24,929 nt of DNA from a virus (IMGVR_UViG_3300042923_000186:64001-88929), one strand, 5' to 3'. Counted from the stretch's first letter, positions 4,245 through 12,447 are shown. Program-made: numbers and translations. The notes: generated by a model not told the origin, from the sequence alone.

Positions 4245-4410
4245 ATGCTAATGTGTAGTACACTACTTAGTTGTACACTACATGTAATGTGTTATATAAC
4301 TATAGTATATAACTAAGTTGTACTACTAGGTTCTTTCTCTCTTTAAAGGAGAGAGAAAGGAGGGTATATAACAGAGTTGTACTACTTAGTTATATAACAT
4401 AGTACTACTG
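4245..4410. repeat. AT-rich array of short palindromes and direct repeats
   Basis: GTTATATAAC (x2), TAGTACTA, TATATAAC-NN-AGTTGTACTACT (4307-4328 and 4365-4386), central 10-bp inverted repeat CTTTCTCTCT/AGAGAGAAAG (4333-4359). Confidence 0.8.
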
Positions 4411-4421
4411 CTTTTAAAACC

Positions 4422-4450
4422 ATTATACACGCTACCTACGTTCCTGTCAA
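4422..4450 (-). promoter_or_regulatory. sigma70 promoter (leftward, reads through the AT-rich array)
   Basis: TTGACA-ggaacgtaggtagcgtg(17)-TATAAT. Confidence 0.85.
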
Positions 4451-4465
4451 GCCCGGCGAAGGTAG

Positions 4466-4494
4466 TTGACAGCTAGGTAGGTAGCTAGTAGACT
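4466..4494 (+). promoter_or_regulatory. sigma70 promoter (rightward, back-to-back with 4422-4450)
   Basis: TTGACA-gctaggtaggtagctag(17)-TAGACT. Confidence 0.85.
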
Positions 4495-4529
4495 GCGGCC
4501 TCCTACCAACTTCCACAAGGAGAACTTAA

Positions 4530-5288
4530 GTGAATATTGTATTATCTACCACAAACGGCGTGGCAACCATGTCATCCCTTGAGATGGTCGCGTACATCAA
4601 CGCTACGCGTGAGCCGGGCAAGGCCGAGCTTCGCCACGACAGTTTCATGGCTAAAGTGCCGACTGTACTCGGGCAGGAATTGGCTCCAAAATTTATTGGA
4701 ACCAATCAGTACACCAGCGGAAAGGGTGGAACGATGACCCGTGCGATCTACAACTTCCCTAAGCGCGAAGCCTGCCTGATGGCGATGTCGTACAGCTACG
4801 AGCTTCAGGCCAAGGTGTTCGATGCATGGGTGGAGGCGGAAGAGAAGCTTGCCAAGCCCGTCACAGTGCTTCCGAACTTCGATGACCCTATCGCAGCAGC
4901 CAGAGCTTGGATCGAAGCCCGTGAAGCAGAGAACACAGCCAAGGCCCAGCTAGCTATCGCCACTACCGCAATCGTTCAGGCTCAGCCGAAGGTGGAATTC
5001 CACGACGCAGTTGTAGCAGGAGATACTGTGTACTCTTTGAACGATGCAGCCAAGCTGCTTAAAACGGGCCGTACCAAGCTTTTCGCGTACCTGCGTAAGC
5101 ACATGTACCTTCAGCACAACAACGTGCCCTATCAGCGCGTAATCGAGGCTGGGTGGCTGGAGTCTGCATTCAATAGCTACAAACTCCCTGACGGACGGGT
5201 AGCTCCGCCCACTACGTACATGACTAGCAAGGGCTTAGCCTACTTCCAACCAAAAATAGCACTTGCGAAACAGGAAGGAAGCTTGTAA
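4530..5288 (+). CDS. phage antirepressor-like protein (Rha-like N-terminus, KilA-C/ANT C-terminus)
   Basis: TMSSLEM...RHDSFMAKV...YNFPKREACLMAMSYS; LPNFDDPIAAARAW; QPKVEFHDAV...AAKLL..GRTKLFAYLR...PYQR.IEAGW; RBS AAGGAG. Confidence 0.88.
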   Translation: MNIVLSTTNGVATMSSLEMVAYINATREPGKAELRHDSFMAKVPTVLGQELAPKFIGTNQYTSGKGGTMTRAIYNFPKREACLMAMSYSYELQAKVFDAWVEAEEKLAKPVTVLPNFDDPIAAARAWIEAREAENTAKAQLAIATTAIVQAQPKVEFHDAVVAGDTVYSLNDAAKLLKTGRTKLFAYLRKHMYLQHNNVPYQRVIEAGWLESAFNSYKLPDGRVAPPTTYMTSKGLAYFQPKIALAKQEGSL

Positions 5289-5345
5289 GATAGCGTTACT
5301 ACCTCGGAAACGGGGTTAGACAACCAACCTAACTAGGAGCCTAAA

Positions 5346-5540
5346 ATGAGCCGTACCATGAACTTCGATGACATGCCTACCCGTGTGAAAACCAGCCCAG
5401 CCCGCCGTGATGGCCGTGCTCATGCATGGGGTGAAGACGATACACGGGCTAGCTACCGTAAGCAGCCGAAGTGGAAGGAGGACCGCCACCGTATGAACCG
5501 GGAGCGCATGGGTGAACAGATGTACGCAGCGGAGATGTGA
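5346..5540 (+). CDS. hypothetical protein (basic)
   Basis: 64-aa ORF, RBS GGAG. Confidence 0.75.
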   Translation: MSRTMNFDDMPTRVKTSPARRDGRAHAWGEDDTRASYRKQPKWKEDRHRMNRERMGEQMYAAEM

Positions 5541-5737
5541 TCATGGCGTTCTACTTACCTAGTATCCCGCCCGCCCCGACTTCCTTCAACGTGTATTACC
5601 GGAATAAGGAAGGCAAACTGGGTCAACTCGAAGCAAGCAAGGTAGAAAGCCACACTGAGGCTATCAGCTTGGTAGCGGCTTACCTGAAGGATGAGAAAGG
5701 GCCATTCTTGGCCGTGATCGAAGGAGGAAAGAAATGA
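5537..5737 (+). CDS. hypothetical protein
   Basis: Start overlaps the previous stop; stop overlaps the next start. Confidence 0.75.
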   Translation: MIMAFYLPSIPPAPTSFNVYYRNKEGKLGQLEASKVESHTEAISLVAAYLKDEKGPFLAVIEGGKK

Positions 5738-6051
5738 CAATCGAACCACATAGCATTGAAGTTAGCGAAAGAACAATGCCAGCGTTCGTAGAGGCCGTGG
5801 TGCAAAAAGCGCTGGATGGTTACGTAGTTGACACGGTGACAAATCCGGGCGATACGAATATTTTCGGCAATGTTTTCTCTGTGGCAATGTACCGAGACAA
5901 CAGTACTGTGGAGAAACTTCGTAGTACTATCGGCAACGTTTCAGAAAAGCCAAAGATGTCCCGTGCAGAGACGCTGGCTGTTGCCAGAGACGCCAAACGC
6001 CTTAAGGCGAGGGGTGCAGTACTGGATGAATGTACAGTACAGAAAAGTTGA
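5734..6051 (+). CDS. hypothetical protein
   Basis: 105-aa ORF, RBS GGAGG, ATGA overlap. Confidence 0.78.
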   Translation: MTIEPHSIEVSERTMPAFVEAVVQKALDGYVVDTVTNPGDTNIFGNVFSVAMYRDNSTVEKLRSTIGNVSEKPKMSRAETLAVARDAKRLKARGAVLDECTVQKS

Positions 6052-6224
6052 TGGGTGTCAACTAGTGTGTGCGGAAACAACAGAAAAATATTTTCAGTAA
6101 TATTTCCGAAAAACACTGGATTTCCGTAAAAGTACGTATATAATTCGTTTCGTTGACTCGCCGCAAGAGCTTAGCAACGATAACTAAAAACCTTCAAGAC
6201 AATTTAAATAGGAGTTCCCACACC

Positions 6225-6599
6225 ATGAAAAACGCTACTCTGCAATCCCTGATCGCCCGCAACGCTGACACGATCACAACCCTCGACGCGGCAGTCGGCC
6301 ACGCCAAAGACCGTGCCCTGAACTTCAAGGCCACCGGCGAAATTTCCTTCTCGATTCAGGAGTACAAGGTTGTCAGTAAACTGAAGGGCAAGCTGAAAGC
6401 CGCCCACGCCCTCCAGATCGACCTGTACGCCGAGATGAAGTCCAACCAACTCCGTGAGCAGTCCGTTGCGCGGTTGATCGCTATGGGCCACGCTGCGCTC
6501 GTCCCGGCCAACCTGACATCCTTCGAACTGGCTGCGCTCGCTGACACTCTGGCTGAAGCGCTGCCAGCCAACGAACCGGAAATTGCGAAAGCAGCATAA
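6225..6599 (+). CDS. hypothetical helical protein
   Basis: Start reassigned to ATG 6225 after RBS TAGGAG; 124 aa. Confidence 0.8.
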   Translation: MKNATLQSLIARNADTITTLDAAVGHAKDRALNFKATGEISFSIQEYKVVSKLKGKLKAAHALQIDLYAEMKSNQLREQSVARLIAMGHAALVPANLTSFELAALADTLAEALPANEPEIAKAA

Positions 6600-6614
6600 C
6601 ATCGCAGAATTCTC

Positions 6615-6659
6615 TTGACCGTTGTTGATTTACTCGGTATGATGACTAAATCAACAACG
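6615..6659 (+). promoter_or_regulatory. sigma70 promoter overlapped by a perfect 13-bp inverted repeat
   Basis: TTGACC-17-TATGAT (6615-6643); arms CGTTGTTGATTTA (6620-6632) and TAAATCAACAACG (6647-6659). Confidence 0.8.
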
Positions 6660-6675
6660 CATCAGGAGAATTCAA

Positions 6676-7383
6676 ATGTCCAAGAAAATCGTCGGCTACG
6701 TTCGCGTTTCCACCAAAGAGCAAGGCAAGTCTGGTCTGGGTCTTCAGGCCCAGCGTGAAGCACTCCAGCAATGGGCTGCTGCCAAAGGCTACGACCTTGT
6801 ACACGTCTTCGAAGAAGTGATTAGCGGTGCTGTGCCAGTTGATGGTAGGATCATGCTCTCGCGTGCGTTCAAGCTCGCTGCAAAGCACAAAGCGACCGTA
6901 GCAGTTAACCGTCTTGACCGTCTCAGCCGTGATGCGGAAGTATTGCTGCACCTGAGTAAAGCAAAAACGCCTATCGTCGCCCTGAACCTCGGTGAAGACG
7001 TAGACAAGTTCATGTTTGGTATCCACGCCGTGGTAGCTGAGCGAGAGCGTGTCCTTATCTCCATCCGCACGAAGGAAGCCCTTAGCGTGCTCAAGGCTCA
7101 AGGTAAAAAGCTGGGCAACCCGAACATCGAAGATCGCATCACGGATGATGGCCGAGTGGTCAAGGGCATCCACACGTCTCTAGCTATGGCTCGTACGAAG
7201 GTTACTTCCGACGCTGACGACTTCGCAAAGAACATGCGCCCTGCTATCGAGCGTATGCAGCGTCAAGGCATGTCCCTGCGGAAGATTGCAGCCGAGTTCA
7301 ACGCAAACGGTACGAGAACCGCACGGGGCGGTGACTGGACATCTACGACGGTGAAGAACATTACGGCCCGTTGGGCCGAATAA
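6676..7383 (+). CDS. serine recombinase (resolvase/invertase catalytic domain with C-terminal DNA-binding domain)
   Basis: GYVRVSTKEQ catalytic Ser motif, EEVISG, DRLSR, ER..ISIRTKEAL...K.QGKKLGNP, C-terminal TARGGDWTSTTVKNI. Confidence 0.93.
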   Translation: MSKKIVGYVRVSTKEQGKSGLGLQAQREALQQWAAAKGYDLVHVFEEVISGAVPVDGRIMLSRAFKLAAKHKATVAVNRLDRLSRDAEVLLHLSKAKTPIVALNLGEDVDKFMFGIHAVVAERERVLISIRTKEALSVLKAQGKKLGNPNIEDRITDDGRVVKGIHTSLAMARTKVTSDADDFAKNMRPAIERMQRQGMSLRKIAAEFNANGTRTARGGDWTSTTVKNITARWAE

Positions 7384-7394
7384 AGGAGAAACGC

Positions 7395-8135
7395 ATGAGC
7401 AAGGAATTGAAAGAGGCTATGGGCATTATTGCAGGGATTCCAGCCTCGTCCATCGGCGTTAAGTTCATGGAACGGGCAACGCCTGAAGCAAAGCCATCTG
7501 CCAGCGCTGCGCCGGGGAAGACAATCCACAGCCGTGAGTTCCACGAGCTTGCAATGCAGTACCGGGCGGCACGGCCTTTCGGGGGCGCTTCCGGTGCGTA
7601 TAAGCAGATGACCGACCACATCGACGCCGCCATTGCCGCAGCACGGGAAGAGGCGCGGGAGGACGGAGACGCGGCCATCAACGCCATGGCGACAATCGCC
7701 GTCCTGCTTGGCAAGACTGGCGGCCCTGACGAAGTTGTCGCCGACCTGCGCGCCCGTCTCGCTGCGCCAGAGGGTGAAGCCGTGGCTGAGGTGGTGGGCT
7801 GGGAGCGCTTCGGTGCAGGGTACGGCAACACATTGAAATGGCTCACGGACGAGCGGCTGCCAGAAGGTACAAAGCTTCATGCTGTGCAACCACAAGCCAA
7901 AGCACCGCAGCAGCCTGCATGCGATTGCGCTACTGGCGACGCCTTCAAGCCGTATGGCTGCAATCTCTGCAACCCGGACTTTGCCACACCACAGCAGCCA
8001 CCTGCGGGCGAGGAGACTGAGAAGGTGACTTGCGCAGGCTGCAAAGGGACAGGCGAAGGCGTCATCAATGCCTACTCCGAAGCGGGTGGGTGCTCCGACT
8101 GCAATGGAAAGGGCTACGACTGGGAGCCGAAATGA
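7395..8135 (+). CDS. mosaic hypothetical protein with C-terminal CxxCxGxG zinc finger
   Basis: Start ATG 7395 after AAGGAG; CAGCKGTG...CSDCNGKG; also CDC...CNLC. Confidence 0.8.
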   Translation: MSKELKEAMGIIAGIPASSIGVKFMERATPEAKPSASAAPGKTIHSREFHELAMQYRAARPFGGASGAYKQMTDHIDAAIAAAREEAREDGDAAINAMATIAVLLGKTGGPDEVVADLRARLAAPEGEAVAEVVGWERFGAGYGNTLKWLTDERLPEGTKLHAVQPQAKAPQQPACDCATGDAFKPYGCNLCNPDFATPQQPPAGEETEKVTCAGCKGTGEGVINAYSEAGGCSDCNGKGYDWEPK

Positions 8136-8221
8136 GCTGGCACTACTGCCTACTCAGCCCGCCCGTGTGGTGGCCGCTGATCTCGCTGGCGCAGATACTC
8201 TACCGAAAATTGAAGGGATGA
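8132..8221 (+). CDS. 29-aa hydrophobic peptide
   Basis: MSWHYCLLSPPVWWPLISLAQILYRKLKG; ATGA overlaps with both neighbouring genes. Confidence 0.55.
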   Translation: MSWHYCLLSPPVWWPLISLAQILYRKLKG

Positions 8222-9270
8222 TCATGGAAAACACGAACGACAAGACGGCTGTGCAGATGCCACGGCCAGCGGGATACCTGTACGAACTAACATTCGACGG
8301 GCACACGAGCACTGCATTCACGATGATCACGATTGCGCAGCCGGGTCAAGAAAATCGCCGAGCCGTGTTCACGCAAGATCAGGTTGACGCCGTGGCCGCC
8401 GCCCGTGCGGAAGAGGCGCGGCGGGAAGAAGCCGCCATTTACGATCCGATAATCCTTGATCTTCGCAAGGAAATCGCGCGGCTCGCTCTCAATGCCACCC
8501 AGCGCACGGCGGGCGGGGAACTGGTCTACCAGATGCGGCCTTCCAAGGGCAGCCAAGCGGGCGGCCAGTGGTACACAACCGATGTAGACGGCCCGACCAG
8601 CATTGCGCGGAATCCGCAGTGGGCTGACCTGTACGAATTCCGCACACTGCGCGTGGTTCAACCAGTGGCAGAGGCAGCAGCGCAGGCGTATGACGTGCTA
8701 GTGCCTCGCAAGCTGCTAGAGTGGGCGCAGCAGAATATCGATTGCATCGAGGATCAAGATGAACGGGAAAGGGTCAGTGCTGAGATATCGAAGTATCTCA
8801 CCGCGCCCACAGCACAGCCGACGACAGAACAGCAGGCTGAGATCAATGCCGCACTGGATCGCGCTGACGCCGAAGACGCAGCACAGCCGCCGCCGGATGA
8901 CATCGGTGACGTGCATGACCGTGCCTACTTTGATCGCGCCTTGGCCGCTGCGCCCACAGCACAGCCGACGCCAGAATTTGCCCACGACATGCAAATGCTT
9001 GCCGAGGTGATCCCCGGGCCGGGTCCGGACGGCATTCACCCGTCTGCCGCTGGCCGTGCAAAGGTGGTGCAGGCGATGGCAGCACAGCCGACGCGGCAAC
9101 GCTACACCTGTATCGGCAAAGGTGGCTCCTACGTTCTTCTGGGCCTCGCAAAAGGCTCTGGAACGTCAAAGCTGCTTGACGACTTGATGGTGTACCAAGA
9201 CACGGCCACGGGAGCCCTGTATTTCCGTACGCCTGATGATTTTAATAACAGAATGGAGGTGACACTATGA
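8218..9270 (+). CDS. mosaic multi-module hypothetical protein with C-terminal DUF1653-like domain
   Basis: Start reassigned (ATG 8218 or 8224); repeated APTAQPT linkers; C-terminal RYTCIGKGGSY...LMVYQD..GALYFRTPDDF..RM. Confidence 0.78.
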   Translation: MIMENTNDKTAVQMPRPAGYLYELTFDGHTSTAFTMITIAQPGQENRRAVFTQDQVDAVAAARAEEARREEAAIYDPIILDLRKEIARLALNATQRTAGGELVYQMRPSKGSQAGGQWYTTDVDGPTSIARNPQWADLYEFRTLRVVQPVAEAAAQAYDVLVPRKLLEWAQQNIDCIEDQDERERVSAEISKYLTAPTAQPTTEQQAEINAALDRADAEDAAQPPPDDIGDVHDRAYFDRALAAAPTAQPTPEFAHDMQMLAEVIPGPGPDGIHPSAAGRAKVVQAMAAQPTRQRYTCIGKGGSYVLLGLAKGSGTSKLLDDLMVYQDTATGALYFRTPDDFNNRMEVTL

Positions 9271-9785
9271 AGGCCCAGATATTCGCTATGGCCGCTCATG
9301 CGGCTGTCGGCCAGACCCGGAAATACTCCGGCCTTCCCTACCACGTCCACCCGGAGCAGGTACGTCAACTCCTTCTGGATCACGTCCCATACGTGTCCCA
9401 GTCGATGCTCGACGCGGCCAGCCTGCATGACGTACTGGAAGACACAGACGTACCAGCGTGGATGATCGAACACGAGTTCGGCCCGGAGGTCGCCCGGCTT
9501 GTACAGGGCATGACCAAACGGGAGTGGAACACGAAGCCCGCCCCTCCACGCGAATTCCGTTTCCGGTCTGAGGTAGCTAGGCTAGCTAGATGCTGCCCAA
9601 CGGTGAAGACGATTAAGCTTGCCGATAGCTACGCTAACATGTTAGACTACGTAAAAGACGACGTAGAGTACGCCAAGAAAGTGTACCTGCCGGAGAAGCG
9701 CATCCTCTTGGACGAGGCACTGAAGGAAGGCGACAAGACGCTCTGGAACATGTGTGACCAACTTATCAATGAAAATTTAAGGTAA
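9267..9785 (+). CDS. HD-domain hydrolase, RelA/SpoT hydrolase (Mesh1/small alarmone hydrolase)-like
   Basis: AHAAVGQTRKYSGLPYHVHP..V, ASLHDVLEDT, VARLVQGMTK, IKLADSYAN. Confidence 0.9.
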   Translation: MKAQIFAMAAHAAVGQTRKYSGLPYHVHPEQVRQLLLDHVPYVSQSMLDAASLHDVLEDTDVPAWMIEHEFGPEVARLVQGMTKREWNTKPAPPREFRFRSEVARLARCCPTVKTIKLADSYANMLDYVKDDVEYAKKVYLPEKRILLDEALKEGDKTLWNMCDQLINENLR

Positions 9786-9790
9786 ACGTA

Positions 9791-9889
9791 ATGTTATATA
9801 AAATGTACTACTCTAATATTATTACTTGCCGATTTTGTGGCTGGGTGCAATCTACGCCAACTGTTTACTGCCCTTATTGCAAACGGTAA
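9791..9889 (+). CDS. 32-aa zinc-ribbon-like microprotein
   Basis: MLYKMYYSNIITCRFCGWVQSTPTVYCPYCKR (CxxC-x10-CxxC); weak RBS. Confidence 0.5.
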   Translation: MLYKMYYSNIITCRFCGWVQSTPTVYCPYCKR

Positions 9890-9943
9890 GTATATTAAGC
9901 GCCAATATGTTCGACGAACTTAAACAAATGAACGGAGAAGAAA

Positions 9944-10060
9944 ATGACACAAGAACAACTAGCTACCTTCTACGCTATCTTGGAAACCAAGAATAGCTGG
10001 GGCAAGAACGAAGTGAAGACGCTACTGCTGGAAGTTATCGCCGGCATCCGTACGAAATAA
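9944..10060 (+). CDS. 38-aa hypothetical protein
   Basis: MTQEQLATFYAILETKNSWGKNEVKTLLLEVIAGIRTK; RBS GGAG; stop abuts rtcB RBS. Confidence 0.75.
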   Translation: MTQEQLATFYAILETKNSWGKNEVKTLLLEVIAGIRTK

Positions 10061-10070
10061 GGAGAAGAAA

Positions 10071-11303
10071 ATGACCCAACAAAACACCACGGCCAAGCAA
10101 GTTATCTACGAAACCGGCTCCAAGCCTATCAAAATCTGGACGGATGATGTAGAGCCAGATGCTTTGCAGCAGTTGAAAAACATCGCCCGTCTACCTTTTG
10201 TGGCTAAGACTGGCATTGCTGTAATGCCTGATGTCCATCTTGGTAAAGGTGCAACAATAGGTAGCGTAGTTGCGACTACCTCGGCCTTAGTCCCAGCCGC
10301 CTGTGGAGTTGACATCGGCTGTGGCATGGTAGCGTGCCGTCTGTCGCTGAAAGCGTCCGATCTGCCCGACTCCCTGTCCCGGCTTCGCTCTGCCATCGAG
10401 CAACGTGTTCCTGTGGGCGCTGGACAACACAAGACCCGAGACATCCCGGATAACTGGGGTGCAGGCGTGCTAAAGGGAGGGTACGCGTTCGATATCCCGT
10501 CCTCTGTTCTTAACGTGTTCGACGGGGATGTAGCCAAAGCTGCGACAAAAGGAGCACACCAACTAGGTACGCTTGGTAGCGGCAACCACTTCATCGAAAT
10601 CTGCATTGATGAGAACGAAGATGTCTGGGTGATGCTGCATTCCGGCTCCCGTGGCATCGGCAACATGATTGGTAGTTACTACATCGACAAGGCCAAGGAA
10701 CTGATGGAGCGATTCCATATCAAGCTGCCTGACGGCGACCTCGCCTACCTTCCACAAGGTGATGACCTGTTCGATGACTACGTAGCTGCCGTGGCATGGG
10801 CACAGGACTACGCGATGGAGAATCGCAAGACCATGCTAGCCGCCGTGCTGGAAGCTATGAAGCAAGAAATCCGAAAGGAATTCAGCATTACCGAAGAGGC
10901 AATTAACTGCCACCATAACTACGTAGAGAAGGAGAATCACTTTGGACAGAACCTTTGGATCACTCGCAAGGGCGCTATCCGGGCACGAGAAGGCGACTTG
11001 GGCATTATTCCCAGCGCTATGGGTAAAACCAGCTTCATTGTACGAGGCAAAGGAAACAAGGAATCATACTGTTCATGCAGCCACGGTTCCGGCCGTAAAA
11101 TGTCCCGGACGGCAGCGCGTAAACAGTTCACCGTCGCAGACCTCGTGGAACAAACGAAGGGCGTAGAGTGCCGGAAGGACGATGCTGTACTGGACGAGAT
11201 TCCAAGTAGCTACAAAGACATCGAAGTAGTGATGAAGAACCAAGAATCGCTGGTGGACATCGTTCACCGCCTTCGTGCCGTCCTGTGCGTGAAAGGAGCT
11301 TGA
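10071..11303 (+). CDS. rtcB: RNA 2',3'-cyclic phosphate/5'-OH ligase RtcB
   Basis: MPDVHLGKG, GVDIGCG, LGTLGSGNHFIE, LHSGSRG, NCHHNY, RKGA, SHGSGR, DEIP..YK motifs. Confidence 0.96.
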   Translation: MTQQNTTAKQVIYETGSKPIKIWTDDVEPDALQQLKNIARLPFVAKTGIAVMPDVHLGKGATIGSVVATTSALVPAACGVDIGCGMVACRLSLKASDLPDSLSRLRSAIEQRVPVGAGQHKTRDIPDNWGAGVLKGGYAFDIPSSVLNVFDGDVAKAATKGAHQLGTLGSGNHFIEICIDENEDVWVMLHSGSRGIGNMIGSYYIDKAKELMERFHIKLPDGDLAYLPQGDDLFDDYVAAVAWAQDYAMENRKTMLAAVLEAMKQEIRKEFSITEEAINCHHNYVEKENHFGQNLWITRKGAIRAREGDLGIIPSAMGKTSFIVRGKGNKESYCSCSHGSGRKMSRTAARKQFTVADLVEQTKGVECRKDDAVLDEIPSSYKDIEVVMKNQESLVDIVHRLRAVLCVKGA

Positions 11304-11304
11304 C

Positions 11305-11529
11305 ATGTTTGCAATACTGTACGTAATCGGACTGATTGGCTGTATCGTGACAGCCACATGGTTCGTGCAAGAGTCAAAGTCCCGCCTCGGGATGATTTCG
11401 TCGGACTGGAGTGTGATGGTGGTAGCTGCATTCGGCTTTTCAGTCTTCCCTTTCCTGAATGTCCTAGCAGCACTAGCTATGGCGTATGGCACTATGGATT
11501 GCATGGAAAAGTACAAGAAGCATGGCTAA
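11305..11529 (+). CDS. small membrane protein (2 predicted TM helices)
   Basis: 74 aa, two hydrophobic stretches, RBS GGAG. Confidence 0.75.
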   Translation: MFAILYVIGLIGCIVTATWFVQESKSRLGMISSDWSVMVVAAFGFSVFPFLNVLAALAMAYGTMDCMEKYKKHG

Positions 11530-11728
11530 CGACAAACCAGAGCCGTACAAACACGTCGGCCATCGTTTCGACGCCGTAGCTAAGGGTACAGGTAAGCGCT
11601 ACTGTACTGGCTGCGGCCTAGTGGCCCTGAACAACCCATTCACAGAATGGAGCGTACGTATGGGCTGCAACCACAAAGATCACCCTTCGTACGCTAACAA
11701 GCGATTTGAGTTGACAAGGCTTATGTAG
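11522..11728 (+). CDS. hypothetical protein with CxxC and C/H residues
   Basis: Start reassigned to ATG 11522; YCTGCG...GCNH..H. Confidence 0.72.
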   Translation: MANDKPEPYKHVGHRFDAVAKGTGKRYCTGCGLVALNNPFTEWSVRMGCNHKDHPSYANKRFELTRLM

Positions 11729-11739
11729 CTAGGTAGTAT
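11711..11739 (+). promoter_or_regulatory. sigma70 promoter
   Basis: TTGACA-aggcttatgtagctagg(17)-TAGTAT. Confidence 0.75.
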
Positions 11740-11762
11740 AACCCAATTTAAGGAGAAACCAA

Positions 11763-12182
11763 ATGAACACCATGCAATATGAATTCGACCAAGTAGTGGC
11801 CCACCTGTACAAGCAAGGTCGCCCGGCTACCGCTAATGGCAACTGCCTGTACCGGGCAGAAGTAGACGGCCAAACGCTGTCCTGTGCTGTTGGTTGCCGC
11901 ATCCCTGACGATGTGTACGTACCGGATATGGACGTAGCCACGGGTGACTGCGGTACAGGCGTGAGCGGCATCCTACTCCGCTTCGGTGATGTCCTGCCGC
12001 CTGAAATTAAAGCTTACCATACCATGTTCGAGCATATTCAAAGTGCGCATGACTACTTCAGCGGAGAGGCCAGCTTCGCTGATTGGGAAGGCTCTACTGA
12101 ACGGCTGGACAGTCGATTGAAAAAGATTGCCGAGATTCATGGCCTGACCTTCACCAAGCCGGAAGTTAGCAATCATGGCTAA
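11763..12182 (+). CDS. phage hypothetical protein
   Basis: RBS AAGGAG; HLYKQG...CLYR...CAVGCRIPD..Y motif resembles a common phage family (from memory). Confidence 0.85.
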   Translation: MNTMQYEFDQVVAHLYKQGRPATANGNCLYRAEVDGQTLSCAVGCRIPDDVYVPDMDVATGDCGTGVSGILLRFGDVLPPEIKAYHTMFEHIQSAHDYFSGEASFADWEGSTERLDSRLKKIAEIHGLTFTKPEVSNHG

Positions 12183-12447
12183 GTATCAAGTAGGTGAACG
12201 CCTCATCGTAGAAGGGGTAGAGTGGCCTCCTGATGTCAAATACAACGGCATGGAGGTAGTGGTGACGAAGTATAAAGGGTTCAATCCGGTGCTTCCCGCT
12301 AGCTACCAAGTTGTCTTCATCGACACGGGAGAAATATCGCTGGCAGCAGAACAATACCTGCATCGCAAGCAACCTGTACGTGGCGACTTAGATACGGTTG
12401 TTAGCTGGGAAACAGTGGGTTGGAAACCAAACAAGGAGGAAAAATGA
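12175..12447 (+). CDS. hypothetical protein (possible SH3-like fold)
   Basis: 90 aa, overlaps both neighbours; KYQVGERL N-terminus. Confidence 0.75.
   Translation: MAKYQVGERLIVEGVEWPPDVKYNGMEVVVTKYKGFNPVLPASYQVVFIDTGEISLAAEQYLHRKQPVRGDLDTVVSWETVGWKPNKEEK

Noticed and set aside
4245-4410. CRISPR array
   Set aside because: Repeats are short, irregular and lack unique equal-length spacers; no cas genes.
6676-7383. Integrase of a temperate prophage, or IS607 TnpA
   Set aside because: Lacks the long zinc-ribbon region of large serine integrases and the N-terminal HTH plus tnpB of IS607; no att duplication or repressor seen.
9573-9589. TAGN motif inside the HD gene as an internal promoter
   Set aside because: No -35/-10 boxes at the right spacing; it may be coding coincidence.
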